From an uncultured Chlamydiae bacterium (GTDB taxonomy: Bacteria > Chlamydiota > Chlamydiia > Chlamydiales > Parachlamydiaceae): a stretch of 28,749 bases of DNA. This document shows, piece after piece, positions 1 to 10,079 of the stretch; within the stretch, counting starts at the first letter, position 1; each line of letters starts with the position of its first letter. Where the stretch lies: assembly GCA_963830365.1 (NCBI GenBank), contig CAWHMU010000030.1:1-28749 (forward strand). The letters run 5' to 3'. Under the pieces are notes generated by a model that made no database searches, was not told the DNA's origin, and was given only the letters and a program-made list of their open reading frames with translations. Position numbers and translations under genes: made by a program.

Positions 1-114
1 GGGTACGCGATTGTGCGACGACCCTTAATTTTGCTTACATTTTAGTAAGCAACACATTAAAACCTTATTCAGCTCGCGATTACCTGAAAAACATACCTCA
101 ATGACATAAAGTTT

Positions 115-435
115 ATGACCAACACAACCACTAATCATCTCACCGTCAAACTTTTCATTGGGTGCCTGCTTAATTCCGAAATCAAGATGCACCTCAGCCA
201 AAGCGCCCTTTGGAAACAGATCGCCATTGCGCCTGCGAAACAAGATGAAGAGCTCAGCCAAGTCCATTTTCACGGCAAAGACTATCTCGGGATTTACCTG
301 GCTGCAGATAAAATAACCATGGAGCACATGCACACATTTGAAGAGCGCATCAAGCAGCGCCTGCAGGCCTATTGCCCGGCTTTACACTTCGAAAACATCA
401 AACCATACATCTTTGCCCAAGTATTCGTTGCATAA
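115..435 (+). CDS. Hypothetical protein (106 aa) upstream of maf
   Basis: Intact ATG-started ORF with protein-like composition, co-oriented with the maf operon. No recognisable motif. Confidence 0.6.
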   Translation: MTNTTTNHLTVKLFIGCLLNSEIKMHLSQSALWKQIAIAPAKQDEELSQVHFHGKDYLGIYLAADKITMEHMHTFEERIKQRLQAYCPALHFENIKPYIFAQVFVA

Positions 436-494
436 CACTGGCCGAATGCAGTATCGTTTTGCTTCAACATCACTTATTTGGGGGAGTTTTAAGG

Positions 495-1079
495 ATGACA
501 CGCCTAATCTTGGGTTCACAGTCGCCGCGTCGCAAAGAAATTCTCAGCTATTTTGCACTGCCTTTTGAACAGGTGTCGCCCATATTTGACGAAGAAGCTA
601 TGCCGTTCAATGGCGATCGAGCTGCTTATGTCAATGAATTATCGGAAGGTAAAGCGCTATCGCTGACGTCCCGCTTCCCGGCGGCGCTGATCCTGACTGC
701 CGATACAATCGTATGGAAAGATGGTAAAATCTACGGCAAACCCAAAAACACCGCTGAGGCCTTCCAATCCTTATCCGAACTGACCGGCAGCTGGCACAGC
801 GTCTTTACCGGCGTCACCCTCCACCACCAGGGACGAGCCATCAACAGGGTGGAAGAAACGCGCGCGTTGTTCAACACGCTCACTCCTGACCAAATCCGCC
901 ACTATCACACAAAATTGCATTGGGCCGATAAAGCCGGCGGCTACGCCATCCAGATGGCCGGCGGTCTCATCGTCAATAGAATTGAAGGCTGTTATTACAA
1001 TGTGATGGGTTCGCCCATCAATAGCGTACGCCAGCTCCTGCTGCAGGCAGGCATCGAGCTGTGGGATTATTCGAAATGA
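495..1079 (+). CDS. maf: Maf family nucleoside triphosphate pyrophosphatase
   Basis: Motifs LILGSQSPRRKEIL, ILTADTIV, GKP, DKAGGYAIQ, GCYYNVMG. Start moved to ATG 495, behind GGAG/AAGG. Confidence 0.95.
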   Translation: MTRLILGSQSPRRKEILSYFALPFEQVSPIFDEEAMPFNGDRAAYVNELSEGKALSLTSRFPAALILTADTIVWKDGKIYGKPKNTAEAFQSLSELTGSWHSVFTGVTLHHQGRAINRVEETRALFNTLTPDQIRHYHTKLHWADKAGGYAIQMAGGLIVNRIEGCYYNVMGSPINSVRQLLLQAGIELWDYSK

Positions 1080-2791
1080 GCCGATTTTCAGCCCCACTGC
1101 TGCCGATAATAGCCGTTTCGCTGGCCCTAACCTATGCACTGCATAGCTATGCGCAAGAAGCTGCTAAGCCGCAGCTTTTGCAAACATCTGCACCCAACCA
1201 CATCCTTTTTTTAATGCATACCGGCAGCACCACCCAAGCCCTGCAGGCCTACCAGGATTACAGCCAGGAAATCGGGTCGCAGGATTATGAATTGCTGGAA
1301 CGCCTGGGACTCATTTTACTCGACCAGGGCTACCGCATCCAAGATCCCGAAACACAGCTCATGACGCTATTTGGCGCCGGCATTTCCTCAAACGAAAAGG
1401 CTTTTTATATAGTCGAAGGCGGCCTTTCTAATGCAAGCCCCGATATTGAACTCATCGCCCTAAACTTCCTTGGCCAATGCCAAAACAATCGTGCAGACCA
1501 ATCCCTGCATCGTGCCATGAAATCAAACATGCTGCTAGTCCGCTTTGAAGCAGCCCTCTTGCTGGCGGTGAAAAAAGATACCAAAGCCATCGGCCAAACC
1601 GAAGCTTTGATGTCCAAAGTTCCTGATGAACTGTGGCCGCTATTCCCCCAGCTTTATGCCATTATCGGCACGCCGGAAGCTAAAAAGATTTTGCGCAAAT
1701 TGCTTACCCACCACAAGGAAAACATCCGCGTGGCCACTGTCATCAGCCTTGCCCAATACTCGCATGACGATTTCTTGCCCGCCATCCGGCGCCTGGCTTC
1801 GCATCATGAGATTGCCCAGCTGGAAGCTTGCGCCTCGGCCCTGGGCATCCTGAAGGACGAAGCCTCCGTCCCTCGCCTGCAGCAACTGGCACGCAATCCG
1901 AATGCCAATGTGCAACTAGCCGCCTTGCATGCCCTTTACAAGCTCGGCAGAAAAGAAGTCAGGGAACAGGTTGAGGCCATTGCCAAAACAGAAAACCTGT
2001 ATGCCATTGCCCTCCTGGGAGATATGCAGGGCAGCGAAGATACCCTTGCGGCACTAGTAAAGAACGACAACATGCAAATACGCGCCAATGCCGCCATTGC
2101 CCTTTTAGAACTCGGCGATGGCCGCTGCCTGCTGGCGCTGGCCGAAATCCTGCTCTCCGACAGCCGTGATCTGGCGCTCATAAAAAACACATCGCAAGGC
2201 AAGAGCTTAAGCGCCTTACGCGTCATCCCCTCCGCCCGCCAGCATCTGGAAGACACTCCTATGGTTGGCGAGATGTCATTGCATCTGCGCGAAGCGGCTT
2301 TAACCAAGGCCATAGAGCTGCCCGAAAATGAGTTTCTAGCGCTTGCCAACGCCATTTTCGAAAGGCAGCAAAACGATCTCATCCCCACTCTCACCGATGT
2401 GTTAATCAACCACCCAACCCCTGCCGTCATCGAATTATTAAAGAAACAGCAGCAGAAGGCCGGAGCGCCGCTGGTGCGCAACTACTGCAACTTGGCCCTC
2501 TATCGACTCAAGCAGCCGGGGCCCTATGCCGACAACTTAAGGGCTTGGATCACACAGCAGCGCGATGTCGAGCTGATCAGTTTCCGTCCGATGCTGCCAT
2601 GGGATCAGCGCGATAATGAGACTTTCCAGCTGACGCCACAAGAGACTTCGCGCCTGCTTGTTGGCGCCTTTGAATCTTTTGTCTCTACCCAGGATGATAA
2701 AGGCATCGACATGCTGATCTCAATCATCCAGACGGGCAATGCCAAAAATAAATACGCCCTGATCGGGCTTTTGATGCGCGCCATCCAATGA
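1076..2791 (+). CDS. HEAT-repeat protein with N-terminal signal peptide (similar to the chlamydial gene that follows maf)
   Basis: ATGA overlap with the maf stop (1076-1079). Signal-like N-terminus (LLPIIAVSLAL...SYA/Q). HEAT-like repeats: NANVQLAALHALYKLG, NMQIRANAAIALLELGD, ENIRVATVISLA. Confidence 0.85.
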   Translation: MSRFSAPLLPIIAVSLALTYALHSYAQEAAKPQLLQTSAPNHILFLMHTGSTTQALQAYQDYSQEIGSQDYELLERLGLILLDQGYRIQDPETQLMTLFGAGISSNEKAFYIVEGGLSNASPDIELIALNFLGQCQNNRADQSLHRAMKSNMLLVRFEAALLLAVKKDTKAIGQTEALMSKVPDELWPLFPQLYAIIGTPEAKKILRKLLTHHKENIRVATVISLAQYSHDDFLPAIRRLASHHEIAQLEACASALGILKDEASVPRLQQLARNPNANVQLAALHALYKLGRKEVREQVEAIAKTENLYAIALLGDMQGSEDTLAALVKNDNMQIRANAAIALLELGDGRCLLALAEILLSDSRDLALIKNTSQGKSLSALRVIPSARQHLEDTPMVGEMSLHLREAALTKAIELPENEFLALANAIFERQQNDLIPTLTDVLINHPTPAVIELLKKQQQKAGAPLVRNYCNLALYRLKQPGPYADNLRAWITQQRDVELISFRPMLPWDQRDNETFQLTPQETSRLLVGAFESFVSTQDDKGIDMLISIIQTGNAKNKYALIGLLMRAIQ

Positions 2792-5214
2792 TGCGATTTA
2801 AGGAAATTATTTTGACCGGATATTCTTCCGTAAGAGATGGCAAGAGCCCCTTCAGAAAAGGCGGCCAACTTTTCAGATCGCTATGGATGACGACATGGAT
2901 CAACCAGCGGCGCTGGCTGTGCATTTCAATGGCAGTTATAAGGTTTAACGCCTGGACAGCGGCACTAGACGAACTCGCTGAAAATGCACCTCTGACGGCA
3001 TCCTACATCTATCCAGCCCTCCCGGAAGAACTCGATGCTGCCGTACTGAATGAAGCGCTTGACGCTGATGCAGACCTTGATGCCAACCACGACGAGCTGC
3101 CAGACACCACTTCCGCAAACGACCAAGGCACCGACAAGCCAGCAAGCATGGATCTTGAAGCCATCATTGTAGACTTGCGCGAACCGGTATATGCTGACGG
3201 CGTGCTCACCACCGAACTTGGCGGTGTGATTACCGCTCCCGACTTGCGCATCCAGGCCCGCCGCATCTCATATACGCGCAAAACAGATAAACAAACTCCC
3301 GCCTACACCGTCGCTGCCGAAGGCGACCTGATCCTTGAATTCGGCGACTATATCTTTGTTGGCCAGCGCCTGGAATACGACTTCCAGAGCAAGACGGGCG
3401 TTATCTACAATGGTCGCACGATGATCGAACCTTGGTTTTTCGGCGGCCAGCGCATCTTCCTGCTCGCCGATGGCAGCTATAGCCTCGAAAACGCTTTTAT
3501 CACGACATCGGAAAATGTCATCGCCGACTGGCAGATCCTGGCTAAAGCTGTCAAACTCTCCGAAAACAACCTGCTACAAGCCAGCGATGTGCAGTTTCGC
3601 ATTTTAAAAGCTCCGATCTTTTGGCTGCCGGGATTTAAAGTAGACCTCAATTCCATCTTCGACGGACCTGTCCGCTATAGCGTAAAATGGGGCGGCAACC
3701 AAGGGCATCGCTTCGGTATGATTTATGAAGTGCTGTCGTGGAACCATTTGAAAGTGTTCCTCCGGCTCGACTATCGCATCAAACGCGGCTTCGGCGGCGG
3801 CATAGAGACGGCCTATCGCTCTGAAGACCATAAAACATCATTCCAATCCATAAACTATACCGCACGCGATTCCTCCATCATCCACCCCGGACAGCGCCTG
3901 CGCTACCGCTTTCAGGGCATTGGCGACAGCCTGCTGCTCGACGATAAAATATCTGTGCATCTTTCTTATGACAAGTTAAGCGATATAGACATGGCCACAG
4001 ATTATAACGACCGCGGTCTTGATCTCGATACCGCCGGGCGCACGGAGCTCATCATGCGGCGCCAGGAAGAGAACTGGATTGCCAACTTGATAACCCGTCT
4101 GCGCATCAACAACTTCCAAACCATAAAGCAGGAGTTGCCCACCCTTGAAACGACATGGCACCCCGCCGAAATGGGCAATACGGGCATCATTTCAAATATG
4201 GCCCTCAAAGCGGCCTACCTGAACTTTGCCTATGGCAATAATATGCTGCGCGTGCACGATTACAGCTCGGCACGCCTTGAATTGACGCCCCTATTTTATA
4301 GACCGCTGTCCATCGGCTGCATCACCGCCACCCCTGAAGTCGGCGGCACACTGATTGCCTATAGCGACAGCCCCAAAGGCTGCGCCAAATGGCTGACGCT
4401 TAGCAAGCTGGCATGCAATATCAACACATCGCTCTCGCGCCGCTATGCCGACTATAAACATGTCATCATGCCTTATGCGCAATATGAATATTACAGCATG
4501 CCCACCGTCTCTCCTGGCGCCCATTACATCTTCGACATCGAAGATGGCTGGTACCGCCTCAACATGCTGCAGCTTGGACTAACCCAAAGCCTCTACCACA
4601 AGGAATGCCGCGGCATCGACCGCAAGCTATATGCCAACCTTTATGCCAACGCCTTTTTCGATACCCATACCTTTCCCTCGGCCATTCCAAAGGCATATGC
4701 CGATGTCGTTTTCAACTCGTTGTCATGCCTAAGGCACAGCTTGAATTCCGCCTGGGATTTCAACCATAATGAAATCGACCACTATAACGTGCGCACCGAA
4801 TGGACCATCAATGCCGATGCCGCCATCGCCATGGAATACCGCCACCGCAGCCCCTACGACTGGCGTAAAGTCGACCATACCAATTTCATTCTCGATACCT
4901 ATCGCTCGCTGGCAGAACTTTATCATTCACAGCTTTCCGACCGCCGCGATACGCTGCTGGTGCATTGCTTCTTCCGCTTCGATCCCAGCTGGGCATTGGA
5001 ATTCGAATCGCGCCATGGCTGGAACCGCCGCTTCGAACCCAACTACAACGAATTTGAAATCGACCTCATCGGCACGCTGCGTTCGGCCTGGAATGTCAAA
5101 TTCTCCTACCAACATAAAGAGGATGATGACCGCGTCTCCGTCTATATGTCTATCGGTATCAAACGCCCCGACTTCGAGAAAATCCGCTCCCTCGTCCCCT
5201 GCCTAGGTTTTTAG
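2788..5214 (+). CDS. lptD: LptD/OstA-like outer-membrane beta-barrel protein
   Basis: ATGA overlap with the HEAT gene. OstA-like N-domain (LRIQARRISY, GQRLEYDFQSKTGVIYNG, APIFWLP), SYDKLSD motif, aromatic-rich beta-strand C-terminus. The exact start is uncertain. Confidence 0.7.
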   Translation: MMRFKEIILTGYSSVRDGKSPFRKGGQLFRSLWMTTWINQRRWLCISMAVIRFNAWTAALDELAENAPLTASYIYPALPEELDAAVLNEALDADADLDANHDELPDTTSANDQGTDKPASMDLEAIIVDLREPVYADGVLTTELGGVITAPDLRIQARRISYTRKTDKQTPAYTVAAEGDLILEFGDYIFVGQRLEYDFQSKTGVIYNGRTMIEPWFFGGQRIFLLADGSYSLENAFITTSENVIADWQILAKAVKLSENNLLQASDVQFRILKAPIFWLPGFKVDLNSIFDGPVRYSVKWGGNQGHRFGMIYEVLSWNHLKVFLRLDYRIKRGFGGGIETAYRSEDHKTSFQSINYTARDSSIIHPGQRLRYRFQGIGDSLLLDDKISVHLSYDKLSDIDMATDYNDRGLDLDTAGRTELIMRRQEENWIANLITRLRINNFQTIKQELPTLETTWHPAEMGNTGIISNMALKAAYLNFAYGNNMLRVHDYSSARLELTPLFYRPLSIGCITATPEVGGTLIAYSDSPKGCAKWLTLSKLACNINTSLSRRYADYKHVIMPYAQYEYYSMPTVSPGAHYIFDIEDGWYRLNMLQLGLTQSLYHKECRGIDRKLYANLYANAFFDTHTFPSAIPKAYADVVFNSLSCLRHSLNSAWDFNHNEIDHYNVRTEWTINADAAIAMEYRHRSPYDWRKVDHTNFILDTYRSLAELYHSQLSDRRDTLLVHCFFRFDPSWALEFESRHGWNRRFEPNYNEFEIDLIGTLRSAWNVKFSYQHKEDDDRVSVYMSIGIKRPDFEKIRSLVPCLGF

Positions 5215-5320
5215 TCGTGTATAAGTTTAAATTGTAAATTTTTGGCCACTTATATATGCATGGAATAACCGCGCATAAAGCTTTATTTTACACGCACGGC
5301 ATAAACGGTAGGGGGGATCT

Positions 5321-5857
5321 ATGAGCATTCCAAATAGTCAGGACCCTGTTTCAAATAAGGTTTTCCCGCTAATGTCATTGCCGCCGGAAATGCAAATGCA
5401 TATATTTTCCTTTCTGCCTATCGAGACCCTGGCCGATATGACGCACGTTTGCAAAGATTGTTCCGCCGTATCCAAGGAGGTTTTTAATACCCGTTTGAAT
5501 GAACCTCAAGCACACCTGCCTGATGAAATAATCACCCTCTTAGGCGGTCTCGCCAACATCAAAGCGTTGCCCAAGGTCAAATGGAACTCTTCGCCCAACA
5601 CTTCCGAATCCACCCCGCACAATGCCATCGCGCTGATCGTGGGCAGCAACACATCGGCCAAGGAAGGTGTCGGCATCAAGATCGACTACGCCAAGCCAGC
5701 CGACAAACCAAAAGAATGGGGTACCGACTATTTTAGATATGTCAACAAAATGCCAGGCAAAAAAATCAAATCTCTCGACGCCGATATCGAGCGTTTTGCA
5801 AGCGTCCTGAAAAAACAAGACCTTGCCGAACATAAGCCGGCCACAAATAGCAAATAA
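5321..5857 (+). CDS. F-box domain protein (eukaryote-like, candidate effector)
   Basis: N-terminal LMSLPPEMQMHIFSFLPIETLADMTHVCKD fits the F-box consensus LPxEIxxxIFSFL...VCK. RBS AGGGGGGA. Confidence 0.85.
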   Translation: MSIPNSQDPVSNKVFPLMSLPPEMQMHIFSFLPIETLADMTHVCKDCSAVSKEVFNTRLNEPQAHLPDEIITLLGGLANIKALPKVKWNSSPNTSESTPHNAIALIVGSNTSAKEGVGIKIDYAKPADKPKEWGTDYFRYVNKMPGKKIKSLDADIERFASVLKKQDLAEHKPATNSK

Positions 5858-6034
5858 TTGCCCTGCATGCCCTGATAGCATTTATAATGCAATGGAACTG
5901 CCAAGAGGGGCAACGGAAGGCAATTGACCACCAAAAGCAAATATAACAAGATGGCATGATCGCGAGGATAGACACAGCAAAAGGTGGCGAATCGCCTTCC
6001 TTAGCGTTGCATTTGTCTGGTACACCGCCACACT

Positions 6035-7660
6035 TTACCGTGCTGCAAAGGGCAGAAAAGAGAGCCAACGCGCTTTGGCATTAGCCGCATCCTTTTTTAT
6101 GGCACAAATTTCAAAGCTGTTTAACAGAATATCCTGGATTTTTTTGTCTTCAAAGAAACTGTCGACAGCCTGTAAAATAAGTTTTAAATCATCATCTGAA
6201 AAATTCGTGAAGGTGATCTTCTTTTCCTGCCCGGCTGTCCATGAACCGTTCAAATTCTCTGCCACGGCAGCCCGGCATTCGGGCGCATTATCAAGGCTGA
6301 AAGGGATCACCCCCCTGCTAGTCAAATCGCAAAAAGTCTCCTTATCAATGCTTTCAATTTTCTGATTGTGCGCTTTGATTTGTTCCTTAACGGTATCGTT
6401 AAGTTCTTCAACACTTTTGATCGCTCCATTGGGACATTCTTGCAGCAGGCGGTCTATCTCATGGGCGATGACGCCGGCTTTCCAAAGCACCTCCCTTTCT
6501 ATTTGCTTGCGCCAAAAATCTGCCATCTGGCTTTTTTGCTGCATAAGGATGGCATAAAGCTTATGGATTGCGGCATAATGGAACTGCCGGCAGTCAATAG
6601 CGGCGTCATCATCAAAATTCTCAAATGCCGCCTTCTGCCAATAAAAGGGGCATTTCTCCTCTTCTCCGTAAAATTCTGTAATCTGCTTTTTGACAGATAT
6701 ATCATCCGCAGCTCTTCTAGAATAGCCACAGTTGGCCCTTTCCACACGTTCGCTGAAATTTATGGGAAATGAAAATGTTTCTGCGTCGTCTGTATCCCAC
6801 TCTTCCATGCGCTTAGCGATGAGGCGAATCTGGTGCTTCTTGGCAAAATGGACGGGCGTTGCCGCCTTCAGTTGCTTAAAAGCCGTATGGGTACGCTGAA
6901 ATCTCTGCTTGGCCTTTCTGACAGCCAGGGCATCGTGGCTGGTAATTTTGACAATATTCAGCAGAGCGATTTTCTTTGTTTCTAAACAGACATCATCCTT
7001 TTCCTCCACCCCGCTAGCCTGGCTTTTATGTCTTGACAGTGTAAGCCTGTGAATTTCGCTTGTCACCTCCGCCATCTCTTCATTCAGATCGCGAATGTTA
7101 AATGCCAACGCGCGCGTGCTAGGTGCATTGGGAATAACGTATCTGGCTAAGAGCAAATCCCGCTCCAAGTTCTCAAGTTTATTTTGCAATCCGGCCAGCG
7201 TTTGTTCCTTGGTTTCAAGACTTTGTTCTACAGAAACCTTGACATTGTCTCTATCTTGACATAACAGCTCCAGTTGACTGCCTAGTTCGTCTTCAAAAAT
7301 CTTGGTGAGCTTTTTATATTCGATGTCCGTAAAGCGCGCCTCTGACCGTCTGAGAATTTCTTCGATCAGGGCATCCTCATTCTTCACAAAAAAGGCTGTC
7401 GCAGCATTTACGATATTCCCCATGGCACTAGTAGAAAGTGGTTTTTTCCACTGCACAATCCTCTTATCGCAAAGAAGTCGCTCTAAGACATCCTGTGAGA
7501 TTGCTCCATCTCCCGTAATGAGCTCGTATATACCTTTGAGAGGGGCATGTTTTGGATCTGTCGACCACCCCGTAATTCCATGCTGCGGGCTGGCCACGAT
7601 ATACCCTGCTGATAATTGAGCATTGGTTTCGGTGCCGGATGTGAAGCTTGCACTACTCAT
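6035..7660 (-). CDS. Hypothetical coiled-coil protein (541 aa), candidate secreted effector
   Basis: Long ORF with RBS GAGAGG, Ser/Thr-rich N-terminus and a heptad-rich central segment (LETKEQTLAGLQNKLENLERDL). Confidence 0.75.
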   Translation of the reverse strand: MSSASFTSGTETNAQLSAGYIVASPQHGITGWSTDPKHAPLKGIYELITGDGAISQDVLERLLCDKRIVQWKKPLSTSAMGNIVNAATAFFVKNEDALIEEILRRSEARFTDIEYKKLTKIFEDELGSQLELLCQDRDNVKVSVEQSLETKEQTLAGLQNKLENLERDLLLARYVIPNAPSTRALAFNIRDLNEEMAEVTSEIHRLTLSRHKSQASGVEEKDDVCLETKKIALLNIVKITSHDALAVRKAKQRFQRTHTAFKQLKAATPVHFAKKHQIRLIAKRMEEWDTDDAETFSFPINFSERVERANCGYSRRAADDISVKKQITEFYGEEEKCPFYWQKAAFENFDDDAAIDCRQFHYAAIHKLYAILMQQKSQMADFWRKQIEREVLWKAGVIAHEIDRLLQECPNGAIKSVEELNDTVKEQIKAHNQKIESIDKETFCDLTSRGVIPFSLDNAPECRAAVAENLNGSWTAGQEKKITFTNFSDDDLKLILQAVDSFFEDKKIQDILLNSFEICAIKKDAANAKARWLSFLPFAAR

Positions 7661-7859
7661 ATAAACAACCTCTCAATGCAAATAGACTATTTGCATAGAT
7701 ACAATAATTTCTTTTTTAAATCACAATATTTATTTAATCTTCTTAAATGTTTTAAAACGAATTGTTTAGGGTTCTTACGGTTTTGCAGCACTTGCCTAGA
7801 GAAAATAGCCGGCAAAAATGGCAGCATATTAGGATGGTCTGGATATGAAAATTGGATGA

Positions 7860-8090
7860 TCACCCTTTTCTAGCCGGGTTCTGCGAAACCGGATGAACCC
7901 TATAAATTAGGATACCAACGTCTGATATGCCTTCTGACAGCTCTCGAAGTTGAATAGTATCCCATTCGAAATCCTCTTCGGCATCTCTTCCCGGCAAGCC
8001 CTTAGTTACTCGATATGAACCCTGATTAGTTAGATTCCATTTTTTTGGGGCATCACCAGTTTGTTTATTATCAAATGCGCAGGACTTACG
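7860..8090 (-). pseudogene. Possible 3' gene remnant (start-less open frame)
   Basis: 77-codon open frame on the minus strand with no ATG, ending ...EEDFEWDTIQLRELSEGISDVGILIYRVHPVSQNPARKG*. Protein-like but unidentified. Confidence 0.25.
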
Positions 8091-8489
8091 CTACGAACAT
8101 TAGCCGGATTTATAAAAAAAACACCCTCTCAACCTAAAAGCGGCAACACAATATATAGTTACATGTATTAAACATTTTGACGTTTTAACATTTATCTTCA
8201 CTATGCCGGTAGAGTTTATTGCCTACTTCATGCCAAACTGGTTTTCGCCGCAGCTCACCGTTGGCGTTTTACCCTTAAGAACCAATAGATAACAGAGATC
8301 TACCCGCCCCTTTCATGCCTTCAGCCCTTTCTCTTTCTGCCCCTTCTCTTATTGAAAAAAGCTAAACCATTAACCGCGTTCTTGGCGTTGAAATAGCAGG
8401 CAAAATGAAAATAACTGAAATAAGTATATTTTTTAAATAGCCGATTTGTTATGCTGCTACCGATTACACCAACCAAAAGTAAATAAAAC

Positions 8490-9707
8490 ATGTCTTTCAA
8501 AGATTTAGAATTACAAGCTGAGATCCTAAGAGCCATAGATGAAGCAGGGTTTACCACCCCGACGCCTATTCAGAGCCAAGCGATCCCACAGATATTAGGC
8601 GGATACGATTTACGCGCTTCTGCTCAAACAGGCACAGGAAAAACAGCAGCTTATCTTCTGCCCATCATTAGTAGACTTCTTACTCCAAGAGCTTCGCCCA
8701 GCTGTTTGCCGCGTGTGCTCATCTTGGTTCCAACACGTGAACTTGCTCTGCAGGTAACGGAAGAAGCCGAAAAATACACAAGACACCTCCATAAGATCAA
8801 GACCGTTTGCATCTATGGGGGCGCGCCTTATCCGATCCAAAACCGCCAACTGTCGCGGCCACATGAGATTCTGGTGGCAACACCAGGTCGCTTGATCGAC
8901 CATCTCGAGAGAGGGCGTGTCGACCTATCAGGTATCGAGACATTTGTCCTGGATGAAGCCGACCGCATGCTCGACATGGGATTTGTTGATCCTGTCGAAC
9001 AAATCGCCGCCGCTACGCCGCCAACGCGTCAGACGCTGCTATTTTCGGCTACCATGCAAGGCAGTGTGCTCAGGCTGTCCAGGAACCTGCTCAAAAACCC
9101 GCGCGAGATCAGCGTCTCACACGATCATGACAAGCATGAAAATATCGAGCAACGCCTGTACTATGTCGATGATTTACAGCATAAGTATCGCCTGTTGAAT
9201 CATTTACTGCATGATCCTGAGATCAATCAAGCCATCGTTTTCACCTCAACCAAACGCTTTGCCGATGAGTTGGTGGATGAACTTTACATGCAAGGCTGCC
9301 GCTCTGCTGCCGCCCTGCATGGCGATATGAACCAAAGACAGCGCATGCGCACTATTACACGTCTGCGCCAAGGCGAGATCCGCTTTTTGGTGGCCACCGA
9401 CATCGCCGCCCGCGGCATTGACGTACAAACGATCAGCCATGTGATCAATTTCGACCTGCCAAGAAGCGTCGAAGATTACGTGCACCGTATCGGCAGAACC
9501 GGCCGTGCCGGCGCCAACGGCCTGGCCCTTTCGTTTGCCGCCAATAACGAACGCCATCTGGTGACAAAGATCGAGCAGTTTACCGGACAGACCATCTCGG
9601 CGCATATCGTGGCCGGCATGGAACCTGTCGCTAAACCGCGCGCCAAATTTGCACCTAATAAAGGCAAACCACAGCGTAGATTCCAGCAGTCAAAACCAAG
9701 ATACTAG
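8490..9707 (+). CDS. rhlE: DEAD-box ATP-dependent RNA helicase (RhlE-like)
   Basis: Q motif (GFTTPTPIQ), AQTGTGKT, PTRELA, TPGR, DEAD, SAT, ARGID, HRIGRTGRAG. Confidence 0.93.
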   Translation: MSFKDLELQAEILRAIDEAGFTTPTPIQSQAIPQILGGYDLRASAQTGTGKTAAYLLPIISRLLTPRASPSCLPRVLILVPTRELALQVTEEAEKYTRHLHKIKTVCIYGGAPYPIQNRQLSRPHEILVATPGRLIDHLERGRVDLSGIETFVLDEADRMLDMGFVDPVEQIAAATPPTRQTLLFSATMQGSVLRLSRNLLKNPREISVSHDHDKHENIEQRLYYVDDLQHKYRLLNHLLHDPEINQAIVFTSTKRFADELVDELYMQGCRSAAALHGDMNQRQRMRTITRLRQGEIRFLVATDIAARGIDVQTISHVINFDLPRSVEDYVHRIGRTGRAGANGLALSFAANNERHLVTKIEQFTGQTISAHIVAGMEPVAKPRAKFAPNKGKPQRRFQQSKPRY

Positions 9708-9740
9708 ATCTGGACGCTAGCTGCACGCAAGCAGTTTTAT

Positions 9741-9791
9741 AAAGCCTTCACATTAAAACCTAATTAGGTGCCAATGTGAAGGCTTTTTTTT
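9741..9791 (+). terminator. Rho-independent terminator after the helicase
   Basis: 14-bp perfect stem AAAGCCTTCACATT/AATGTGAAGGCTTT with an inner palindrome ACCTAATTAGGT, running into a T tract. Confidence 0.85.
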
Positions 9792-10079
9792 GCTCTATGG
9801 CTGTTAGCCTTAAGGAGGCAACTAACCAAATAGATACCAAAACACCCAGACATAAACACCAAAACAAAATATAAAAACAGCAGGCGGGATAGACAGGCTA
9901 AACGGAGCGGATAGAAAGAAGCTTCGACCGGAGCCATTATCTAGCCCTCGGATTGCTTAGCCAATCCTATGTTGATGTTGCTGTTTTTTTGCGCTCTCCT
10001 AAACGGCAAATTATAAGACTTTTATTATCATTGTGTTGCATTTCACTTTACTTCTCGACATGCAACCTGCTGCCTTGCC

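Noticed and set aside
372..494. N-terminal extension of the maf ORF in the track
   Set aside because: It overlaps the upstream gene. Maf homology and the RBS point to ATG 495.
7887..7899. AACCGGATGAACC, identical to the last 13 bp of the ISL3 right end
   Set aside because: No further IS similarity, no TSD, and it lies inside a protein-like open frame. It cannot be distinguished from chance.
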